A stretch of DNA of 64,000 nucleotides from Corallochytrium limacisporum Hawaii (GCA_002811645.1 PDIP01000021.1:1-64000); one strand, 5' to 3'. Shown: positions 43,824 to 56,215, counted from the first letter of the stretch. The notes: generated by a model not told the origin, from the sequence alone. Numbers and translations: made by a program.

Positions 43824-43850
43824 GAGAGAGAGAGGGAGTGTGTGTGTGTG
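43775..43850. repeat. Compound (AG)n-(TG)n microsatellite
   Basis: About 23 perfect AG units, an imperfect extension, then a TG run. Confidence 0.95.
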
Positions 43851-44376
43851 CGTCGGAGTATGGTTATGAGCGTGTAGGCAGTTCGTTGAGTGGTCCGTTC
43901 GTTTTGGGTACTGACGGTGCAAGGGGGGCGGTGAGGTCTCCAGCCGCGGTCTGGCCAAAAAAAAAGAGGGAGCCCCGATTTCGATTGCGTCGCGCGCTGG
44001 TCCTCGCCTTTTTTGTTGTACAAACAGGTGGTCATATCTTGTTCCTTTTGCCCACCTCATTTGTTGGCTGGAGTTCTCCCATTGTACTTCTGGCACCGTT
44101 TAGCTAACCATTGTCAGCCAAGCATTGGACCCGGTGTTGTGTATTCGGGTCAGGGTGAAGCAGTGACGTACTATTTGGGATATGTACTCAAGGAACAAGT
44201 TGCTGACAGGAAAGTTCGAGCAGAACGAGAGCAAAGAGAAAGAGGCTTCCCGAGTTCGGATTTACAGTGATCAACAGCGACCGAGAATTTTGGAGTCAGG
44301 TAGGCCGTAGAAACCTAGTAAACAAATTTTATAACGGAAAATATCTGGCAGAGCCGGGAGCACACGGACAGCAAAG

Positions 44377-45519
44377 ATGGAGGTCGATAAAGCGGTAAAC
44401 CCCGCTGAGGAACCTCGTGTGGACGATGATCCTCATGTACAGTCTACGGGAGATATGATGGAAGAAGACCTTAGTAGTGACAGCAATGACAGCAATGCTG
44501 TGGACGTAGAAGAAGCGGATCCAGAACCCGACATGCGCTTGCGTGTCAAGTGGGGATCGCAGGAGTACAGTCTCCAGTTGCACTCGTCGGAAACAGTGCG
44601 TTGTCTGCGTGAGCGACTCTTTCTCCATACACAAGTCCTTCCAGCACGTCAAAAACTGCTTGGCTTGCCTGGCAAGATGGGCAAATGTCCCGATGATGAA
44701 ACCATTCTCGGAAATCTGAAGTTGCGAGATAATCAGCGTATCATGATGGTGGGCACCAAAGAAGAACACATTATCGAAGTGCAGAGCTTTGTCAACAAGG
44801 TTAAGGTTCTGGATGCTGTAGAGAACGAAGAGATTCACAAGCAGGCTGTGAATCTTGCTAAAGTGGAGAACAGAGTGAAGAATTACAATTTGGTTTTGCG
44901 GCATTCGCCACGGAAAGGCAAGAAACTGTTGGTGCTGGACATTGACTACACCATTTTTGACCACAAGTCTGTGACCGAAGGACCGGCCACAGACCTCATG
45001 CGGCCGTACCTACACGAGTTCCTGACGGCGGTGTATCCTTCGTATGACATTGCACTGTGGAGTGCGACGAGCATGCGATGGATTCAGCTGAAGATGGTTG
45101 AGCTGGGTCTCGACAACCATCCTGGATTCAAGATCCACTTCTGCCTCTGCGCCCACGCAATGATTACGGTGCTGGCACCGGCCTACGGAGGTACTACGGA
45201 CGTGAAACCACTGGGAGTGATCTGGGGTAAGTTAGGTGAGTATTATGGCCCGAAGAACACGATCATGTTTGATGATCTCAAACGCAACTTCCTGATGAAC
45301 CCGAAGAATGGACTTCGTGTACATCAGTTCCGAAGGGCACCCATCACTCGGTCCTCCGACACTGAACTCGTCAAACTTGCAGACTATCTACTGACTATCC
45401 ACGACGAAGAAGATCTCACAGAGCTTAACCATCGCAAATGGGAGTCCTTCCTGCGCCGCAAACGCCGCAACGAACTCAACGAACTGCGGAGGCTAACAAG
45501 AGGTCACGGCCAGCAATAG
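44377..45519 (+). CDS. UBLCP1: Ubiquitin-like domain-containing CTD phosphatase 1
   Basis: UBL domain (VKWGSQEY...VLPARQKLLGL...IMMVGT), HAD motif LVLDIDYT, MRPYLHEFL, WSATSM, VKPLGVIWGK and NTIMFDD. Confidence 0.95.
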   Translation: MEVDKAVNPAEEPRVDDDPHVQSTGDMMEEDLSSDSNDSNAVDVEEADPEPDMRLRVKWGSQEYSLQLHSSETVRCLRERLFLHTQVLPARQKLLGLPGKMGKCPDDETILGNLKLRDNQRIMMVGTKEEHIIEVQSFVNKVKVLDAVENEEIHKQAVNLAKVENRVKNYNLVLRHSPRKGKKLLVLDIDYTIFDHKSVTEGPATDLMRPYLHEFLTAVYPSYDIALWSATSMRWIQLKMVELGLDNHPGFKIHFCLCAHAMITVLAPAYGGTTDVKPLGVIWGKLGEYYGPKNTIMFDDLKRNFLMNPKNGLRVHQFRRAPITRSSDTELVKLADYLLTIHDEEDLTELNHRKWESFLRRKRRNELNELRRLTRGHGQQ

Positions 45520-47219
45520 CTCACAAGACCACGCAGACGAGTGCTTTGGAAACTTTGATTGGCGAATCGGAGTGTACAACAGACTTGTCTTCATAACCCA
45601 TCCTGTAAAGAAAAACCATGCTGGTATAGAAGTCTTGTCATGTCGGTATGTTGCCGTTTGCGTCCCCTGATTGTTATCAGTGTTTGTTTGAAGCGCACAC
45701 ATTCCCCACGCAAGTAAGTGCGCAGTGGTCGCCCACCCCCCCCCCCTTCCTCCCTTGCACCCATTTCTCTCCGCGAATTTCCCTCGGTGTGGGGGCGGTT
45801 CTTTTCTGACCGTGTGTTTGCGGGCTAAGCCCCTCGGCCAAATGCAAAGTGCTTCATAAATCTTGCAAATCAAATGCGCAAGTTAAATATCGCTCTTTCA
45901 CTATGTTTGCAGAATCACCCGAAGGCTTCCGGGCCTAATCCCCGCATATACAATCTCGCACACAGATTATATGATTATTCGATTTCTATGTATTTCACCC
46001 TTTCTGGCAGGACCTCGACTGGTCCAAGGACTACCTCTCGTCTCGTGTTCGTTTCGCCTCATCGCCATTCTAACACTAAATGACTAGAGGTCTTTTTTAT
46101 CATACGGAATATTATATATTTATAAGAAATAAGGTAATTTAAACGATATATGATATACTGACTATTTTTAATTGAGTGTCGTAGCCCCGTAGTACACAGG
46201 GGCCAAGACGGTCACGGCTTGTCTCTCTTCTCCCTCCCCCCCGGGGGCTCCTTCTCCTCCTCGCAATCATCGGGTGATTGTGGGCAACGGCGTTTCCCTC
46301 CCCCTCTCTCTCTCTCGGCCTACACCGACACCTATACATTTTCTGTAAACAAAACCGAAAAATCGCGGGGGGGGGACGGCCCTGGGTTCCCCGCGACCAA
46401 AAATAAAAAGCCTCCAAGAAAACGAAAGAAAAAAAAAAAGAAAAGGGGGAAAAATAGCCAGGACCCAGCCCCTTTCCAAACCATCCACCACCACCCCACC
46501 CCACCCCCCCTTCCGGGCTCCCCCCTCTTCCCCACACAAAAACGACAGAAAGTGGCATGCGTGCGGGTTGAATGACCATACTTTCGCTATACCGCGACAA
46601 CCGGGCCGAGTGGTGAATATTTTTTTTCCATTTGGGGGCGCTTGCCCTGACACTTGTCATTTTTGCTCTCCGTACCGGTGGTTTGGCCGGCCCCTGGCCA
46701 GCACCAGCTGCCGCGTAGAAGGGCCATCAGCAAAAGGGACCGGGGGGGGAGGCACCCGGAAGCTCGTGCTGACCGCCAGTTCCCAACCCCCCCTGCGTGC
46801 AAGTGTGCTGCTGCTGCGTGTGTGGTGGATGTGGATCAGGTTGTTTTTTTTTAATCGTGGTGTGCCTGAGTCCTGTGTTCGAATTAATTGGGATAGATTC
46901 AGTGGCACAAAATCCAATTGGCACCGAACAGAATTATTTGCAGGCCGCGATTATGTTTGTATCGCTGAATGAAATGCTTGTTTACGTGATCAAGCGATAG
47001 AGAGCAAGCTATTTTGAGGCACGGGCCTCCCTCCAGATTTAAATCGTATGATAGATGAAACATTCGGTGCATTTACGGTAAAGAACAAGGAGAAGATCTG
47101 CGAGTTATTTTCGGTGAATAGCTCCGGAGTCCGAATTATCCTTAGCACACGGGAAAATTAAACCGACTCATTCTTACTGAACACACAAACAAATAAGCAA
47201 TCGGGAAAGGAGTCAAACC

Positions 47220-49220
47220 ATGATTTCTGCTCTTGCTCGTTCTGCTGCTGCCGGCCTGAAGGCCACCGCGGCTGCGTCCGTCAAGACCACCGGCATCGCT
47301 GGTATGGCTCTGATGGGTGCTCGTAACAAGACCTTCAAAGCTTCTGGATTCAAGATGCAGGAGGGTAAGGTGAACGCTGATCTCACCAACGCATACCAGG
47401 TCATCGACCACGAGTACGATGCTCTCGTTGTTGGTGCTGGTGGTGCTGGTCTCCGTGCTGCTTTTGGTCTGTCCGAGGCTGGCTTGAACACTGCCTGTGT
47501 GTCCAAACTCTTCCCCACCCGCTCCCATACTGTCGCAGCCCAGGGTGGTATTAACGCCGCCCTCGGCAATATGACTAAGGATGACTGGCGTTGGCACGCC
47601 TACGACACTGTTAAGGGCTCTGACTGGCTCGGTGACCAGGACGCCATCCACTACATGGCTCGTGAGGCCCCTAACGCGGTCTACGAACTTGAACACTACG
47701 GTATGCCGTTCAGTCGCACTGAGGAGGGTAAGATCTACCAGCGCGCGTTTGGTGGCCAGTCCCTAGAATTTGGAAAGGGTGGTCAGGCCCAGCGCTGCTG
47801 TGCTGTCGCCGATCGTACCGGGCACAGTCTGCTACACACTCTGTATGGCCGCAGTCTGAAGTACGATACCTCATACTTTATTGAGTACTTTGCCATTGAT
47901 CTGATCATGGATGGTGACAAGTGTCGCGGTGTCGTGTGCATGAACCAGGAGGACGGTTCCATCCATCGTATCTTTGCCCATCATACGGTGCTGGCCAGTG
48001 GTGGTTACGGCCGTGCATACTTCTCCTGCACTTCCGCTCACACCTGCACCGGTGACGGCATGGGTATGGTCAGCCGTGCCGGACTGCCTAACGAGGACAT
48101 GGAATTCGTGCAGTTCCACCCCACTGGTATCTACGGTGCTGGTTGCCTCATCACGGAGGGTTGCCGTGGAGAGGGTGGTTACCTGATCAATTCTGAGGGT
48201 GAACGCTTCATGGAGCGTTACGCACCTACCGCCAAGGACCTGGCCTCTCGTGATGTTGTGTCCCGCGCAATGACCATGGAGATCCGCGACGGTCGCGGTG
48301 TTGGTGCCCACAAGGACCATGTGTACCTCCAGCTCAGCCATCTGCCTCCTGAGGTCCTGGCCGAGCGCCTGCCTGGTATTTCCGAGACCGCCGCCATCTT
48401 TGCTGGCGTGGACGTCACCAAGGAACCAATCCCTGTTCTACCCACCGTCCATTACAACATGGGCGGTACCCCGACAAACTGGAAGGGCCAGGTGATTGAC
48501 CACCGCAACGGTAAGGACGTCATTATTGACGGTCTCTGGGCCGCTGGTGAGGCCGCCTGCGCTTCCGTGCATGGCGCCAATCGTCTGGGTGCCAACTCTC
48601 TACTTGACATTGTCGTATACGGTCGTGCCTGTGCCCACGGCATTAGCGAGATTCTGAAGCCGAACACCCCACACGCGGCTGTAAGCGCCGATGCTGGCAT
48701 GAACGCGGTCGAGCGTCTGGACCAGGTGCGCTGGAACGAGGGCTCCATCAACACTGCCGATCTTCGCCTGGAAATGCAGCGCGTCATGCAGAGCCACGCT
48801 GCCGTTTTCCGTGATGGCCCTGTCTTGGAAGAGGGTGTTCAGCAGATGTACAACGTGGCTGCTAAGATGAGCGACATGAAGGTTAACGACAAGGGTCTGA
48901 TCTGGAACTCTGACCTTATTGAGTCCCTGGAGCTGACCAACCTGATGCCGTGTGCTCTCCAGACCATGGTTGGCGCCGAGGCCCGCAAGGAGTCCCGGGG
49001 CGCCCACGCCCGTGAGGACTTCCAGGACCGCATTGATGAGTTCGACTATGCCAAGCCGCTCGAAGGCCAAGAGCCCAAGCCGATCGAGGAACACTGGCGC
49101 AAGCACACTCTGTCTTACGTCGACGATGCCGGCAAAGTTAAGCTGGAGTACCGTCCCGTGATTGACAAGACCCTGGACACGGACATGGACACTGTGCCGC
49201 CGGCCATTCGTGTGTACTAA
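47220..49220 (+). CDS. SDHA: Succinate dehydrogenase flavoprotein subunit, mitochondrial precursor
   Basis: [16 protein letters not shown] (FAD-binding His), [19 protein letters not shown] and RKESRGAH. Ala/Arg-rich presequence. Confidence 0.98.
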   Translation: MISALARSAAAGLKATAAASVKTTGIAGMALMGARNKTFKASGFKMQEGKVNADLTNAYQVIDHEYDALVVGAGGAGLRAAFGLSEAGLNTACVSKLFPTRSHTVAAQGGINAALGNMTKDDWRWHAYDTVKGSDWLGDQDAIHYMAREAPNAVYELEHYGMPFSRTEEGKIYQRAFGGQSLEFGKGGQAQRCCAVADRTGHSLLHTLYGRSLKYDTSYFIEYFAIDLIMDGDKCRGVVCMNQEDGSIHRIFAHHTVLASGGYGRAYFSCTSAHTCTGDGMGMVSRAGLPNEDMEFVQFHPTGIYGAGCLITEGCRGEGGYLINSEGERFMERYAPTAKDLASRDVVSRAMTMEIRDGRGVGAHKDHVYLQLSHLPPEVLAERLPGISETAAIFAGVDVTKEPIPVLPTVHYNMGGTPTNWKGQVIDHRNGKDVIIDGLWAAGEAACASVHGANRLGANSLLDIVVYGRACAHGISEILKPNTPHAAVSADAGMNAVERLDQVRWNEGSINTADLRLEMQRVMQSHAAVFRDGPVLEEGVQQMYNVAAKMSDMKVNDKGLIWNSDLIESLELTNLMPCALQTMVGAEARKESRGAHAREDFQDRIDEFDYAKPLEGQEPKPIEEHWRKHTLSYVDDAGKVKLEYRPVIDKTLDTDMDTVPPAIRVY

Positions 49221-49802
49221 AGCAAATCCGTTTGTCTGCAAGAGCTCATCGAAACGAGAGCCTGATGGAAAGCACTGTTAAATGCGTGGGCCTTTGGCAT
49301 GCATGCAACGACCATGTTTGAATTCGGATGGTCCTGTTCTTCAATCATCCTCGCATCATTCCAACACTTCTTCATAACCAAGCTCTTCTTAACAACGCAA
49401 CATGACAACCCACATACTTTTTGACAGCATTGAAGAATCGAAAGGGGTTGATTGAGTACACCAGCAGCAATCAGCTCCCTTTTTGAAAGTTTGCAAAATA
49501 CATTGAAGTAGATAGATCCGATCGTAAACCCCCGCGCATAAACCCAAGTGCCTTCATGAGCAAAACACGGGACTCGGTATGGCGGTGCTCAATGTAAACC
49601 AAGTGTTTGTGATCTCCTTTTAGGGAATTGTTACATGTTTACTAGCAATTAGATAAAGACAAAAGACGGGATCACAAATATCACAGAAGCACTGCAGGAC
49701 CAAGCAAACCTTTTCTCACGGGTGACCCACTGAATGCGTCATGACTAGAACGATGGTGGCCATCGACTTTCGACAAAGGAAGTAACATACCACTGTGATC
49801 GT

Positions 49803-52199
49803 TCAATTGCCGTACGGGGGAGGCGGTCTCTGTGGGTTGTCCTGTTGGGGAGGCTGCTGCCCTGGATGACGCGGTGGTGCGCCTGTGGGTGCCATGTACG
49901 CGCCCATCGCCCGGGGCGGCAGTGGAGGTCCCGCACCTGAGTGCTGAGCGTTCTGCTGCAACGGTGTGGTTGGCTGTGAATGCGATTGCGGCATGCCTCC
50001 ACCAGCGCTATTCAAGTGAATCTGCGGCTGCGAGTTGGTGCGCGGACTGTTGTAGAGGGCATCACAATTATCGCAGCGGCATCCCGCCGGATGGACCGCA
50101 CCACCATTGTCTAGAGGGCGGTGGTTGGCCGTAGGCGGTGCATGGTATGACTCGAGAGCGTAGTCCGGCGTGTAGCTGCGCGCCTTGGCTGATGTGCCCT
50201 GGGCCGCATACAGTCCGGAAGAGTCTGCTGCGTTACCATTCGGCGAGTACATGCCCTGCTGCTGCGGATGTGACTGGTAGTGAATGGGCATCGCACCGTC
50301 TACTGACGAACGACTGTACGCGCTCGGCGGTGTACCGTGGTAGCCAGGACTATGTCCAGGAATCTCCTGCCCTCCGTAAGCGACGCTGTGTCGGGCCCGG
50401 CCCTGGCTCAAGCTGTGGCGATGGTTCGGTGTCACGTTGCTGTTGTGCCGTGGAACGCGTTCGTTGCTCGTGCCCATGGTGGCTGCAAAGTCAGCACTCG
50501 GATGACGTTTGTGCCCGTTTGTACGGCGGGTCGGGGTCTGACTTCGGCTGGCCAGAGTGCGCATTGCGGCCTTCAGTCCAGAGCCACGGCCAGCGCTTGT
50601 GCTTGGTCCTTCGTCCGCGCCCATGGGCTGGCTGCTGCGCCTAACACCGCTCTCCCCGAACGGATTGCCGGCCATATTGGTGCCCGTGAGCTTGGATTCG
50701 GGAATGATCTCGGGCGGTAGCGCAGCAGGCACCGCTTGGCCCCCTAGACAAAGGTGGATCAATGTCATAGCAATGCCAAATTCATCGACGTCCAGCTTAC
50801 CGTCACGATCCATGTCTGCGAGGGCCCAGATCTGCCGCAGCTCGTTGCTGCTCAGCCCGGACGCAGCCATCAGTTCCTTAAGTGCGTGGCCAGCCAGCTT
50901 GCCGTTGGAAGGGTTCATTTCGTTGAAAAGTGTGGCCCACGCGGCAAGGTCTCGCGCCATCCAGATACTCTCTGGATTCTGCGCCACACTGCTCGGGAGC
51001 GAGCTGGACGAAGGCAGTTCCTCCATCAGGGCCGCCACGTTCTTGCTGAGCATCTTATCAACGTTGGCAATCATACGTTCATTGACCTTTTGGAATTTTC
51101 GGAAGTCGTAATCCCTTAGCATCTCCTGGTATTTCTCCACGTCCGGCATGGAACCCGCAGGGATATGGAATTGGCGCTGGATCTTGAGAAATTCAGTGCG
51201 GAGGTCCTCGATTAGCTTGGCCTGGGCCTTTTCCTTACCAAACATTGCCGGCATCTGTTGCTTAAGGTGACCTATGATACAGGCATGGACCTTGGCCAGG
51301 CGCGCCCGTTTGACGAATTCGTTGATCTTGCGCACAGCAGCGTCCCGAGGCAGGCCATAGAGATGGGTGAACAGATCCTCACGTTCTTGATCAAAAAGGG
51401 CTGCGTTGTCTTGGTTCACATACTCGTTCTCCCAGAACGAACCAATGTACACCCGTACGACCTCCGGGACTGGCATCACTTTGCCCAGGCTCCACATCAG
51501 AGCACCATATACCCGCATCAGCTGCTGACTGCTGACCAAATCTGCCTTATTGAGAATAACTTTGACCTTGTCGTCATGCCCACGGAGCTGTTGGATACAC
51601 CGCTGAAACTCGTCGCTTATGTCCAGCTTGTAGGCATCAAACAAAAGCAGGATTAGGTCACTGCGCTCAGCGAACCACTTGATCACACCCGTGAAGTCGT
51701 AGTTGCGTCCGATGCGTTGCTTCTCACCCGAAAGAATACCCGGAGTGTCAATGAACGTAAAGTCTTCCAGCACAGGACAGTTGGCCTCGCTGACTTGGAA
51801 ACGGCTCAGGAAGCTTGCACCGTATCTCGCCAAACCACGAAAGGGTTTGTCCGGTTGAATGGTGGCTGCTGATCCCGGCACGACCCGGTCTTCTGATCCG
51901 TGCATCACGGCGAGGAACCGGTCTGTAGTGGGCTCTGGCCCAACGTGGATACCAGGGTAGTCACGTCCTAGTATATAGCGGATAAAGCTAGTTTTACCCG
52001 TTGAATACTGGCCGATCAACAGGACCGTAGGTTTGGATTCGAAATCCGCCTCGCTGAGCAGAGGAGAGTGGAACCCATGGAATAAATACTGTTCTTCCAA
52101 TGGTTGTAAATTCTTCTTGTACAGCTTCTTCAGCCCGTCTACAACCTTGCTGTAAAGGAACGGATTCCGTTCCTCACCGCGTTTGGCTTCGGGTGCCAT
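49803..52199 (-). CDS. EHD1: EH-domain-containing dynamin-like ATPase (EHD/RME-1 family) with a long low-complexity C-terminal extension
   Basis: GQYSTGKT, GPEPTTDRF, KPF, IDTPGILSGEKQ, LNKAD and EH domain LRQIWALADMDRDGKLD. ATG at 52199. Confidence 0.95.
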   Translation of the reverse strand: MAPEAKRGEERNPFLYSKVVDGLKKLYKKNLQPLEEQYLFHGFHSPLLSEADFESKPTVLLIGQYSTGKTSFIRYILGRDYPGIHVGPEPTTDRFLAVMHGSEDRVVPGSAATIQPDKPFRGLARYGASFLSRFQVSEANCPVLEDFTFIDTPGILSGEKQRIGRNYDFTGVIKWFAERSDLILLLFDAYKLDISDEFQRCIQQLRGHDDKVKVILNKADLVSSQQLMRVYGALMWSLGKVMPVPEVVRVYIGSFWENEYVNQDNAALFDQEREDLFTHLYGLPRDAAVRKINEFVKRARLAKVHACIIGHLKQQMPAMFGKEKAQAKLIEDLRTEFLKIQRQFHIPAGSMPDVEKYQEMLRDYDFRKFQKVNERMIANVDKMLSKNVAALMEELPSSSSLPSSVAQNPESIWMARDLAAWATLFNEMNPSNGKLAGHALKELMAASGLSSNELRQIWALADMDRDGKLDVDEFGIAMTLIHLCLGGQAVPAALPPEIIPESKLTGTNMAGNPFGESGVRRSSQPMGADEGPSTSAGRGSGLKAAMRTLASRSQTPTRRTNGHKRHPSADFAATMGTSNERVPRHNSNVTPNHRHSLSQGRARHSVAYGGQEIPGHSPGYHGTPPSAYSRSSVDGAMPIHYQSHPQQQGMYSPNGNAADSSGLYAAQGTSAKARSYTPDYALESYHAPPTANHRPLDNGGAVHPAGCRCDNCDALYNSPRTNSQPQIHLNSAGGGMPQSHSQPTTPLQQNAQHSGAGPPLPPRAMGAYMAPTGAPPRHPGQQPPQQDNPQRPPPPYGN

Positions 52200-54308
52200 G
52201 GTTAGTGTGATAGGACCAACTAAATTTGCTAAGTCTCTGTTGGTTTGTGTCGTAAGTGTAAGGAATCCTCCCAACTTACGTCTTCATATTGGCATAAGCG
52301 AACGGATCATTTGTCATTTCTTTAAGAGTGGCCCTACAGTCTTCGATTATCGCCCTTTAGGTCTAACGAACCTCTGGACTTCTGAACGTACGCCACATCG
52401 TCTATAACAACGTGTCCGGTCCGTCCACTTCGCACCAAAGTAGCCTATCAGATCTCAAACGATGCAAAAAATCCACCATTCCACAACACCAAGAGGGCCT
52501 CCCGGCACACTGGATTAGTTCCAACAGTTGATGCCGCACTCTGTTTTGAAACGCAAACAGACGAAGTTACGCCGCAATGCCTAACTGTTTTGATTGCCTA
52601 GCAAATCAGACACAAACGCTCTCGGGGCCCGGACACAAGAGACCGCCCAAACCAAGAGCGCCACAGCTCTCAACTTCCCCTCCCGGAAGAGGGAAGGGCC
52701 CCCTGGGGAGGAGGGTGGGCCGGCACCGAGACTCCCGGGGGGGTGTCCCTTCGGCCGGTGCCAGAGAACGCGATCGGCAGAGACCCGGAGGCCGAGAGAG
52801 GCCAAGATAGAATGCTCCGCCAGAACGGCTGGGACAGGGGGCTTTCCCGGGGTCTCGCGTTCATACATTCACTACCGCGCAAGCCGTGCGCGCCAGTTTG
52901 AAGGCCTTCTCTCCCTTGTTCTTTTTTCTATTATGGCTGAGGTATGTTTCCTTCCATTTCTGCCCCCCTTTCGATGGCCCAACCGTTCGTTGGTGCCCGC
53001 TCGCAAACATAGAGCGTCGTTCCCGGGAGGAGGGAGGGGGGTAAATTCATCCGAGAGCTTGGAGTTGGGGGAAGCGGCCACAGTGGCTTTTTTCCCCTTT
53101 TACCCTTTTTTTCGCCTCGGGGTTGTCTCTTGTGTGTTTTAACTTTGGAAAAATTTGTGCAAGATACTTTACACAACCCCACCCTCCCTTTCCAAACTAT
53201 TCCGTCATTTCTCTCCAAATATACCGCACTTGACGCAAACCTCTAACATTTCTTTCTCGCTTCCGCCGGGCTCTTTTTCCCGGTCTTCCCTTTCGGCCGA
53301 GTTTGCCTTTTGTGTTCCCCCCCCCCCCCCCCGGGGGGCGGGACGGGGGAAACCGGTGCGCTACGGACAAACTCACCCATTTTCTTTCGTTTGGTTGCCG
53401 GTGCTTTTTGGCAAAAGAACCTTGGGACAACCGGGGTAACAGCCCTGCCTCGAATGGTTTGCTCGAGGCCGTGGACCCCGCATCCAGCACCGCAAGGCGG
53501 GTCGCGGCGGGTTGCGGGCCTATTTCAAAAATTAAGTATATGTTATTATAGATCTTATATGGAATCTTACTTAGTTATCAGGAGCCGTATCCATTTTTTA
53601 AAGCTTCATTTCTTCTCCTTGATTTTAATTGTGGAAAAAACGTATATTAAATTCAGAACCCCTTCCCATTAGCGACGGGAGCCAAGCGGGCGTAAAAGAA
53701 ACAGAGGTTTCCAGCCAAAAGGAACCACTCGGGCACCACTCCTTGGCTGTAACACGGGACCCCCACCCCGGGGGAGGGTGTTGGAAATAAAGTTTCATAC
53801 ATTTCCCATACTGAAGCAGTTTGGTAGCGGTCACGATACCTCCCTATCTCTTGGCGCTTAAACCCCATGTCGTGAGTTGAGTTGCTGTGCGGTCGGCAAT
53901 GAAGGGGCACTGCGTAGGGATGAAACTTGAGTCCAAATAGAAACCATCTCATGTCTGCACGCAGGGCGAGCAACCCATTTCGGAAGAACAGGACCACTGA
54001 AGTGAGGCAACAACACAGAACATTTTGCGCATCACCCCATGGCTGAAGCCAAGAGAACGAATTAGGCTGCGAGTTATACAGGCTCTAGCGTGAAACCGCA
54101 ATTGAAGTCTGTCTTAGCGGGCGTGTGCATCAGGCGAGCTGCAGGTATTTGGTAGGCTGGAGACCTCAATCTCAAGAGTCAGGATACTCACGGACCAGGA
54201 ACGCGATTAAAGAAAAAGAAACATCACTCAGGCATAATACATAGGCTTAAAGACTGGATCTGAAGCCAAGCAAGGTAAGAGTTACCAGAGTTACACAGCA
54301 ATTAGACA

Positions 54309-54857
54309 ATGAATATGATGGACAGTCCCTCAGCGTTTGAGAGTCCCAAGAAATCTCTGCGGGAACAGATGGTTGTCCCTGACCGCCTAATGGTGGACCA
54401 CCTGCATGGATCGGTAAGTACAGGCCGTCGCAGGCCCTTGCGACACCCCAGGTCTGCCAGTGTCAGCACAGACAAGTACTACTACTCCCACACTATCACA
54501 CCGCAGCATAGTGAACGTCCTCGCAGTCCAGAAGTCTTGGATCAGGCCACTCGTGGGTGGTTCGACGGACTGCCGATTGAGTTTAGAAACCACATCAGCC
54601 GACAGAGCGAGCAATTTAGTGGTGGCAAGGACAGCCACAGTGGTCTTAGGGCCATTGTGCCCATGAGCGAGAGCTTCTGGGTAGATGAGGTGCCTTCTGA
54701 CCAACAGAGGACTGTACATCAGGAACTACTGAACCTGAACGCGCGGGTGAAGAAGTTGGAAAAGGAACTCGAAGATAACAGTAAAACTATGGGGTTTCTG
54801 AAGATTGCTGTGGCCGCATTGATTCTGCGGGCAGTACTGAAGGGATTATGGCTGTAG
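54309..54857 (+). CDS. Tail-anchored coiled-coil protein resembling mitochondrial fission factor
   Basis: N-terminal QMVVPDRLMV motif, coiled coil ELLNLNARVKKLEKELED and a C-terminal TM helix ending GLWL. Confidence 0.65.
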   Translation: MNMMDSPSAFESPKKSLREQMVVPDRLMVDHLHGSVSTGRRRPLRHPRSASVSTDKYYYSHTITPQHSERPRSPEVLDQATRGWFDGLPIEFRNHISRQSEQFSGGKDSHSGLRAIVPMSESFWVDEVPSDQQRTVHQELLNLNARVKKLEKELEDNSKTMGFLKIAVAALILRAVLKGLWL

Positions 54858-55105
54858 TCTACTACTTTTATCCACATAAATAACCGTTACATTATATACG
54901 TCCCATTCAACATCGTAGATTATTTTTATTCCAGCGATCTCTCACGGTTTGTTTTGAAAAAGAAGGAAAATGGGACAAATGCCGAGCTATGATACAGCTT
55001 GATAACCACACCAATGATCGTAAAATGTCTTCTTGTTGATGGCACGGAAAACAGGCAATAAAATTTACGAAGGAAGCATGCAGATTTGAACAGACTATTG
55101 GCAAG

Positions 55106-55699
55106 CTAACTCATTTGGAGTCGAATCTTCAAGCTCGAGTCTCCACTGAAGGGCTCGAATTCGAAGGGAACCTCAGTCTGCAGGACTGCTTTGATCGCTG
55201 ATCCCAGCTTCTTCTGGCGTTCTGTGTCCTTTCCGTCCCGGCACCACACGGCAATGCGCTCCTCGTTCTTTCTCCGGCTAACGACAGCACCGTTAATCAT
55301 GTCACTGAAATCATGGTCCTCACCAATGAGGAAGAGCATCACGTTCAACCATTTGTCATCAAGATCTTGTGCAGATTTCTTGGGCAGCTTGGCCAGCCAG
55401 CGACCGCCTCCTTCGTTGTTGGGGTCTTCCCACATAGGCAAGATCGGTGTCTTGAACAAATGGAAGTTGCAGGCATGTCCAAGCTCAGAAGCAGCAGGCA
55501 CGTTGTTGTACATGCCCCAGAAATCCTCAACAGTATCGAAAGGCATGACTTTCTTAAGACCCTGTTGGAAAGCGTCCGCGCCGCCCTTTGATTTACCCGT
55601 TACCTTGTCATAGAACAACATCCACTCGTGGGCCAAGGGATGCTTTGTGTATTCTTCGCGATCGTCAAAGATCGTATTTGTCGTAGTAACCTCACTCAT
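55106..55699 (-). CDS. eIF4E: Translation initiation factor eIF4E family protein
   Basis: KHPL, FDTVEDFW, PMWED, GGRW, INGAVV and RIAVW. Confidence 0.95.
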   Translation of the reverse strand: MSEVTTTNTIFDDREEYTKHPLAHEWMLFYDKVTGKSKGGADAFQQGLKKVMPFDTVEDFWGMYNNVPAASELGHACNFHLFKTPILPMWEDPNNEGGGRWLAKLPKKSAQDLDDKWLNVMLFLIGEDHDFSDMINGAVVSRRKNEERIAVWCRDGKDTERQKKLGSAIKAVLQTEVPFEFEPFSGDSSLKIRLQMS

Positions 55700-56215
55700 G
55701 ATTAATAATTCCTCTATATATATATGAAACGGAAGAACCGAAGTTTCTTTAGATAAATGTCGTCCGGTGTAATAGTCGTCCCTAAATATATCGCTGTGTT
55801 TGGCGGATAACTAGTAAGTTTTTCATTCACTCTGATCCTGTAGCTTAAGTGATTAAATACTAAGAAAAGCAATTGTAATTTCAAAGTCTAGTCCTAAACT
55901 TGCATGGCGGGTGGCTCACAAAGTAAAACCTAATCAATGCTTCAGGTCCTCCCATTGCACAGCACAACACAACCTCGACAGCCACACTTCGTTCCCCACC
56001 ACGGGGCCCCCCTCTATGCACACACACGGTCGCCACCTTTGCTATGCCTTTGGAAGTGGTGGGTACCAGATCCAACCCCACCCCTCCCCCCCACACACAC
56101 CCCACGGGACGCGGAGACCCAAAACAGCCCATGCAGCCCCCACCGAAGTGGCAGCAGCAGCCTCTGTAACGTGTGCCGTGTCCCCCGACATTTAACTTTC
56201 CCGGCTGTGTATCGG

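Noticed and set aside
43532-44107. 191-aa ORF with RERERE tract
   Set aside because: Produced by the (AG)n microsatellite, starts at GTG, and has no domain.
46890-46925. Iron-responsive element upstream of SDHA (CAGTGG)
   Set aside because: The flanks do not form the 5-bp upper stem and C bulge.
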